Positions 59,075 through 64,000 of a stretch of 64,000 bases of DNA are shown here, one piece after another. The stretch is taken from NCBI GenBank assembly GCA_963797095.1, contig CAWCNY010000003.1, forward strand, positions 832,001 to 896,000, in the 5' to 3' direction. Positions within the stretch are counted from its first letter, which is position 1. Every line of letters begins with the position of its first letter. The DNA is from an uncultured Chloroflexia bacterium. Lineage in GTDB: Bacteria > Chloroflexota > Chloroflexia > QHBQ01 > JADMIH01. Under the pieces are notes generated by a model, which was given only the letters and a program-made list of their open reading frames with translations, searched no databases and had not been told where the DNA came from. Made by a program: the position numbers and the translations under genes.

Positions 59075-59494
59075 GTGAAATACCTTCTTGATACCAACGT
59101 CATCTCGGAGCTTATTACCAGACAACCGAACCAGCAAGTAGTCCGGTGGATCGATACCTTGGACACGAACAGTGTCTACCTCAGCGTTATCACTATAGGT
59201 GAACTCCGCAAAGGTATTGAGAAGTTGGCGGACTCGCCGCGCAAGGATACCCTTAGTGCCTGGCTCACTGACGATCTGCTAGTTCGCTTTAGTGGTCGAG
59301 TGTTGCCTGTGGATGTAGATGTGATGCTGACTTGGGGCGAACTAACAGGGAGGTTGGAACGCGCCGGTCGGCCGCTCCCAGCTATCAACTCATTTATCTC
59401 TGCTCTCGCAATTCATCACAGATGTAGCTTGGTGACGCGCAACGAAGACGACTTCAAGGATACGGGTGTAACAGTCCTCAATCCATGGAAGTAG
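59075..59494 (+). CDS. vapC: VapC/PIN domain toxin
   Basis: YLLDTNVISE, SVITIGELRKG, LVTRNEDDF, NPW. Confidence 0.9.
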   Translation: MKYLLDTNVISELITRQPNQQVVRWIDTLDTNSVYLSVITIGELRKGIEKLADSPRKDTLSAWLTDDLLVRFSGRVLPVDVDVMLTWGELTGRLERAGRPLPAINSFISALAIHHRCSLVTRNEDDFKDTGVTVLNPWK

Positions 59495-59627
59495 CGAACC
59501 TTGTGCTGGCTACCCAACACATCCAGGCCCTGGGAATGTTCCCCAGAACACGTAATTGAGGCCTGAACGCTGCGGTGCTCTAGCGGTCTATATAGGGAGG
59601 GATATGTCGCTCACTGTGGGGGTTAGA

Positions 59628-59645
59628 TTTTTGTCGCGACAAAAA
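59628..59645. promoter_or_regulatory. Perfect 18-bp palindrome, candidate centromere-like (parS) site
   Basis: TTTTTGTCGCGACAAAAA about 30 bp downstream of the parB stop. Confidence 0.45.
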
Positions 59646-59675
59646 AATGCGCGACCTCCACGTGTAAAATGGGGG

Positions 59676-60812
59676 TCACCGCGCGCCCGGAACGTCGCCG
59701 CCGGGGTTCTCGATCTCTCTCTCCAACCCCAGCATAATAGCCAGCCTCCGGACCATGATCGTGATGGTGGCGAGGTCCAGCTTCTCTTCCATCGATAGCT
59801 CGGTGGTGCTGTCGATGCTGTCGGTGTAGTTCTGCAACAGGGCAGCGATGCGGGCCAACTTGCTCCTGCGCGCGCGCTGCTGGAAGCGCACCTCGACCCA
59901 GTCGCGCTTCGCTTCCTCCCTGCTGGATGTCTGCGTGGGCCTGTCGCGCTCGACCGGTATCTCTACGCCATCCACAAGCACAGTCTCGACGGGGGCCGCG
60001 CCTTTCCCCTCTCCCACCTCAGGCTCGCTGAGGGAGGTTGGCACAGGGGGCGCGCTTTCCTCCTGCGTGGCCTGCTCTGCCGCCCCGGCAACCGCCTTGC
60101 GCTCCTCCCGGATCTCTTTCACATAGGCGAGGATGTCGTCGGTGGTGATAGCGCCTCTCAGCAGGGAATCTATTATCATGGCGCGGTCCTGCTCGGATTC
60201 GACCCGCACCAGGTTGGCGACCGCCCGCAGGCTGTCGGGCTTCTGCTCGACCAGCGCCTGAATGTCGGGCGGGGCCTTGGCTACCCTCACCCTGTTGTAG
60301 ACATACCCAAGCTTCTTGCCCACCTCTTTGGCGATCTGCTCAAGCGTATAGCCCATCTCCTCCTGCATCAGCACGTAGATCTTGCCCTCTTCCAGGGGCG
60401 TGAGGTCCTCGCGCTGGATGTTCTCGGTGATGGCAAGCATCGCCATCTCCTCGTCGCTAAGCTCGCGCACGATCACCGGCAGCGAGGCGATCCCGACCAG
60501 CCGCGAGGCGTCCCTGCGCCTGTGCCCCGCCGTAAGCTGGTAGTGCCCGCGCTGCTCAGGGTGGGGCCGCGCCAGCAGCACGCCCTGGAAGCCCTGCCCC
60601 CTGATTACCGAGGCCAGTTCCTCAAGCGCCTCCGCGTTCACAGCAGCGCGGGGCTGGTAGGGGTTATCGAGCAGCCGCTCGATGGGGAGCGCGGTCGCCT
60701 GGCTGGCATCGGGCTGCCCACCGCCAAGGCTTGTCGTGAAGAGCCTGCTCATGTCCTTGCCAGGCGCATCGAGGTCCAATTCCACCGGTTTGAGATTTCG
60801 CTTGCGGGTCAT
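59676..60812 (-). CDS. parB: ParB/Spo0J family partition protein
   Basis: NPYQPR, AGHRR CTP motif, ENIQREDLTPLEE, HTH. Confidence 0.93.
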   Translation of the reverse strand: MTRKRNLKPVELDLDAPGKDMSRLFTTSLGGGQPDASQATALPIERLLDNPYQPRAAVNAEALEELASVIRGQGFQGVLLARPHPEQRGHYQLTAGHRRRDASRLVGIASLPVIVRELSDEEMAMLAITENIQREDLTPLEEGKIYVLMQEEMGYTLEQIAKEVGKKLGYVYNRVRVAKAPPDIQALVEQKPDSLRAVANLVRVESEQDRAMIIDSLLRGAITTDDILAYVKEIREERKAVAGAAEQATQEESAPPVPTSLSEPEVGEGKGAAPVETVLVDGVEIPVERDRPTQTSSREEAKRDWVEVRFQQRARRSKLARIAALLQNYTDSIDSTTELSMEEKLDLATITIMVRRLAIMLGLEREIENPGGDVPGAR

Positions 60813-60843
60813 CTTTGCTCCATCCTCCAACCCCATACTCGCA

Positions 60844-60897
60844 ACTCGTCACTCGTCACTCGTCACTCGTCACTCGTCACTCGTCACTCGTCACTCG
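60844..60897. repeat. (ACTCGTC)7.7 heptamer array
   Basis: Contains the stop codon of the antirepressor-like gene. Confidence 0.95.
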
Positions 60898-61816
60898 CCC
60901 CCGGCAGCAGCGACTGATACCACTCTTGCAGCCAGGACATAGCATCCGCGAACCGTTGCGCCGGAAGCTGCTTGTACGTAACGATCCCGTAGCGCTGGTA
61001 GAGGGCGGTGAAAACGCGCTGGTAGGGATTGCTCTCCTTCTGGTCGCGGCGCGCCATCTCGCCCGCGATGGCTTTCACCGCGAGGCTGATCTCGGCGGCC
61101 TGCTCAGGGGTGATCGCGCTCTTTCCGGCGGGCGCGGTGCGCTCTTCGAGGCGGTTGACGCGCTCAAGTATCTGCCCCACTACCGTGGCCGCCCTGTTCA
61201 TGCGAACGGTAAGTTGCTCAACCTCGGCATTGGTAAGCTGCTGTTGGCGTTCGAGGGCCATCTGCTCCTCGGCCAGTCGTACCAGCGCCAACCCCAATTC
61301 CCTGACGTGGGCCAGGGTGCCGATGTTCGGCTGAGCTAGGGCCTGGTTTGCGGTCGCCAGGGCCGTCAAGCCTGAGGCACCAGGCTGCCCATCGCCCCCA
61401 AATTCGAGCACGAACGCCTCGTACACCTTGCGCACCACCCACCGCTTGTAAGCGAGCAGTTTGTCTCGCAACTCAGCTTTGACTTTGTTTACCGTCACCC
61501 CCGACAGCCAGTAGGGCACAGTTTCGAGGCGCAGGAATTGCATGGTCTGCGTGCCGCCCCCATCCGTCTCTACCGCTATCTCGTGCAGGTCTTCCTGCAT
61601 GGCATCGTCGCGCTTGATGCGGCGCACCTGGGCCGCGCGATCCAGGCCCAGGCTCTCGCACAGGGCGCGCACGGGGAGGTAGATCGTGCCATCTTCAACG
61701 CGGGTTGCGAGCAATCGATCGCCAAGCACTTCGACCTGCCGTTGGTCCCTGACCACCAGCATGGCCGCCCCAAGCTGCTCTTGCCGGGCTTGCACTTCCT
61801 GTATGCCGTCTGCCAT
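60884..61816 (-). CDS. Phage antirepressor N-terminal domain protein with ORF6C-like C-terminus
   Basis: YLPVRALCESLGLDRAAQVRRIKRD, YWLSGV; C-terminal YQRVF..LYQRYGI.TYKQLP..RF..AMSWL; AGGAG RBS. Confidence 0.8.
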   Translation of the reverse strand: MADGIQEVQARQEQLGAAMLVVRDQRQVEVLGDRLLATRVEDGTIYLPVRALCESLGLDRAAQVRRIKRDDAMQEDLHEIAVETDGGGTQTMQFLRLETVPYWLSGVTVNKVKAELRDKLLAYKRWVVRKVYEAFVLEFGGDGQPGASGLTALATANQALAQPNIGTLAHVRELGLALVRLAEEQMALERQQQLTNAEVEQLTVRMNRAATVVGQILERVNRLEERTAPAGKSAITPEQAAEISLAVKAIAGEMARRDQKESNPYQRVFTALYQRYGIVTYKQLPAQRFADAMSWLQEWYQSLLPGASDE

Positions 61817-61851
61817 TAGCTTCTCTCCTGAGAGGGTATCGTGTGGGCGAT

Positions 61852-61874
61852 GGGGGTGCCATAATGGCACCCCC
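61852..61874. promoter_or_regulatory. Perfect inverted repeat GGGGGTGCCAT-A-ATGGCACCCCC
   Basis: Immediately after the parA stop codon. Confidence 0.5.
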
Positions 61875-61875
61875 T

Positions 61876-62976
61876 CTATGCCTCGATCTTGGCGGCCACT
61901 TCAGCGCCTTCCTCGTCCGCGGCCTGGACGAGAGCAGCGGCATCGCTCCCTACCAGCGCGTCTATGCGGTCCTGGGCGGGGCCGCCGATGACGTGCAGCA
62001 ACTCGGCGAGGAGGGCGCGGTAGGCGCGCGTGTGCTCGCTCCTGGGGTGCAGCGTCACCATCACCTGCCGCAGCATCGAGGCCTCCCCGAACTTGGTGCT
62101 CCGCTTGATGGTGGTCTTGAATGCGCGGATGTTGCGCTTCTGGAGGGCCTGGCGCAAAGTGCCTTCCATGGCCCGAGCGACGTTGGTGTTGGGCTGCACC
62201 ATCATCCCCACCGCCCCCGCCACCTGCAAGCGAGGATTGAACTCCTTGCGGGTCTCGTCAACGCGCTTCAGGAGGAGTTGTAGCCCCTTCAGCGATAGCA
62301 TCTCAAGCTCGGTCGGGATGAGGAGGTAATCGGCGGCGTAGAGGGCGTTGATGGTCAGGGAGGAGAGGTTGGGGCCGGGGTCCAGGATGATGTAGTCGTA
62401 GCTGGCGCGCACCCCTCTCATGCAGTTGGCTAGGCGGCTCCCCCAGTTGGGCTTGCCGCGCAGGTAGTCTTCGGCCTCGCTCGACACGATGTTGTTGGGG
62501 GCCAGGTCGGGGCCGAACGCCGTCTTGAGGATCACTTCCTCCAACTCGCGGTCCCCTAGCATGGCGTCATAAACGGTATGGGTCAAGCCCTCAGGGTTGT
62601 GCCCCAGCGACCATGTGAGGTGCCCCTGCGGGTCGAGGTCAACGACGAGCACGCGGCTCCCCAGCCCAGACAGCAGCACGGCAAGGTTGGCCGTGGCGGT
62701 GGTCTTGCCCACCCCACCCTTCTGGTTGACCAGCGCCAGCACCACGGCTCCCCGGTCGTGGTCGATCAGCATCCCGGCCAGGAACGCCTCCAGGTCCGAC
62801 TCATAAACCCGGTAGTGTCCGCCGGAGGTGGCGATGGCGGGCAGCACCCCCTCACGTATGTACTGGGCCACCGTGCCCGTGTGTACCCCCAGCCGCTCGG
62901 CCACCTCCGAGGTGCGCAGTAGCTTGCTGTGTTCCCGCTGGTCCCTGGCGTCCCGCCCATCTCGCGCATCTTTCAT
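61876..62976 (-). CDS. parA: ParA family ATPase with N-terminal excisionase/MerR-like HTH
   Basis: LLRTSEVAERLGVH HTH; NQKGGVGKTT; DLDPQG; ILDPGP. Confidence 0.93.
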   Translation of the reverse strand: MKDARDGRDARDQREHSKLLRTSEVAERLGVHTGTVAQYIREGVLPAIATSGGHYRVYESDLEAFLAGMLIDHDRGAVVLALVNQKGGVGKTTATANLAVLLSGLGSRVLVVDLDPQGHLTWSLGHNPEGLTHTVYDAMLGDRELEEVILKTAFGPDLAPNNIVSSEAEDYLRGKPNWGSRLANCMRGVRASYDYIILDPGPNLSSLTINALYAADYLLIPTELEMLSLKGLQLLLKRVDETRKEFNPRLQVAGAVGMMVQPNTNVARAMEGTLRQALQKRNIRAFKTTIKRSTKFGEASMLRQVMVTLHPRSEHTRAYRALLAELLHVIGGPAQDRIDALVGSDAAALVQAADEEGAEVAAKIEA

Positions 62977-63153
62977 AGCTGCAACCCTTTCCCCATAGGT
63001 CTGTGTTACGCTTCACGACGATTATTGCATTTCGTGCGTTGGAGGTACAAGATACCATAAAATCGCGAAAATGCAAGAAATATCCACATCCATCTTCTAA
63101 ATAAAGAGAGCGGGCTGCACAACCAGTCCGCTCCCTCTACTTTGATAAGGCCG

Positions 63154-64000
63154 CTATTGGACCAACCGTCTCAGGCAGGCGAAGAAATAGGCCATCTTGT
63201 TCGACAGACCGGATGCGCCGTGCTTGCCCTGGGCCTCCCTGGTGCTCCTCTTGGCGTTGTACATCATCTCAACGAACTGGTGTTCATCCAACGAGGATGA
63301 GCGCCACAGGCGAAGCGCCTGACCCGCGTTCGCGATCACATGCTGCTGGTCGCCTAGCTCGTATGAGAAGTCGGTTATCACCTGGGCGATGTAGTTGGAA
63401 TGCTCGCTGTGAGATCCGTTGCCGTTCGCTCCTTTTGAGAGGGAGGGCTGACTCAAATCATCTTCCTCATCCTTTTCTGGATGCTTTGCTTCTACTTCGT
63501 GTTCACTGAGCGTCGTAGGGGCCTCTAAACGCTTTGTCATGGGGCGCTGTGACGCCTCAGTTGCAGGGCCAGCAAACTGCGTGTCGCCTGGGTCTGTATA
63601 CTGCGCGGCATTGGGAGGTATATACCCTGTGTCACGCACCCCTCTATACTTCATGTCATCCTCTGCTCTATACTCCGTGACATTGGGGCCACTATACGGG
63701 CTGTCACGGGGGGTCATATACTCTATGTCACCCCCTATCTTATGAGCTTTTCCATTACGCCCATTTGTTGCGTGTGTGGCGCGTAGTTCCTCTTTAGTGG
63801 AGACCAGATCCGCTTGTCTGTCGTGTCTTTGCCTGGCGGCAAGGCTTCCCCTGCGCGGCCTGCGCTCCACTCTTGAGGCTAACCTTGGATCGTCGTTTGT
63901 GGGGCCGGTTGGATCCTCCGCAGGGTCTTCGGTGCGGGTTGCCTGCGGTGCGGCGGGGGGTTGGAGCAGCTTGCCGATCTCTTCGAGGAGAGGACTGAAG
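63154..64000 (-). CDS. Putative replication initiator (HTH Rep-like), N-terminus outside the window
   Basis: Frame open to the window edge (…FSPLLEEIGKLL…); upstream of parA; internal 24-bp repeats; C-terminal NKMAYFFACL domain. Confidence 0.55.
   Translation of the reverse strand, partial: FSPLLEEIGKLLQPPAAPQATRTEDPAEDPTGPTNDDPRLASRVERRPRRGSLAARQRHDRQADLVSTKEELRATHATNGRNGKAHKIGGDIEYMTPRDSPYSGPNVTEYRAEDDMKYRGVRDTGYIPPNAAQYTDPGDTQFAGPATEASQRPMTKRLEAPTTLSEHEVEAKHPEKDEEDDLSQPSLSKGANGNGSHSEHSNYIAQVITDFSYELGDQQHVIANAGQALRLWRSSSLDEHQFVEMMYNAKRSTREAQGKHGASGLSNKMAYFFACLRRLVQ
63578..63740. repeat. Degenerate 24-bp direct repeats (TGTCA...TATAC), iteron-like
   Basis: TATAC ends at 63601, 63625, 63649, 63673, 63697 and 63721. 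Confidence 0.8.

Larger units (their letters stand above)
57580..59532. mobile_element. Putative non-autonomous ISAs1-derived cargo cassette
   Basis: CAGGGC...GCCCTG termini flanked by an exact 10-bp direct repeat GGAATGTTCC (57570-57579, 59533-59542); ISAs1 remnant at the left end. Confidence 0.65.

Noticed and set aside
59655-59670. Canonical parS (CCACGTG core)
   Set aside because: Flanks do not match the TGTT...AACA consensus
26752-61816. Prophage suggested by tail-collar and antirepressor genes
   Set aside because: No integrase, terminase, portal, capsid or lysis genes; the two loci are separated by metabolic genes
63578-63740. CRISPR array
   Set aside because: The 24-bp period leaves no room for spacers, units are degenerate and in a coding frame, and no cas genes are present

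Overview
GC-rich bacterial DNA, most likely Chloroflexota. This is inferred from SLH-domain proteins, 'GYPISDEF...YFERA' surface repeats and several STAND-LuxR regulators. Left to right: (1) a form I aerobic CO dehydrogenase cluster (coxMSL with AYRCSFR, coxG, coxE, three XdhC/CoxF-type ORFs, a MoeA-like gene); (2) three STAND/TPR/LuxR regulators next to large secreted proteins; (3) a non-phage module of three tail-collar proteins, a GNAT, DUF6916 and an orphan Tat binding protein; (4) a LacI-controlled maltodextrin ABC/GH13 locus; (5) an SLH beta-propeller protein, an ALDH, an ECF41-like sigma/VOC pair and DUF1214/DUF1254; (6) a Ugp-like ABC transporter; (7) a mobile hotspot with an intact IS66 (8-bp TSD) abutting an ISAs1-ended cargo cassette (10-bp TSD) that carries Uma2, a mini-IS3 and Phd-VapC; (8) a rep-parA-antirepressor-parB cassette with 24-bp iteron-like repeats inside rep and an 18-bp palindrome after parB. 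Strand-oriented heptamer tandem repeats supply the stop codons of four unrelated genes. All calls come from reading motifs by eye; no database search was run.
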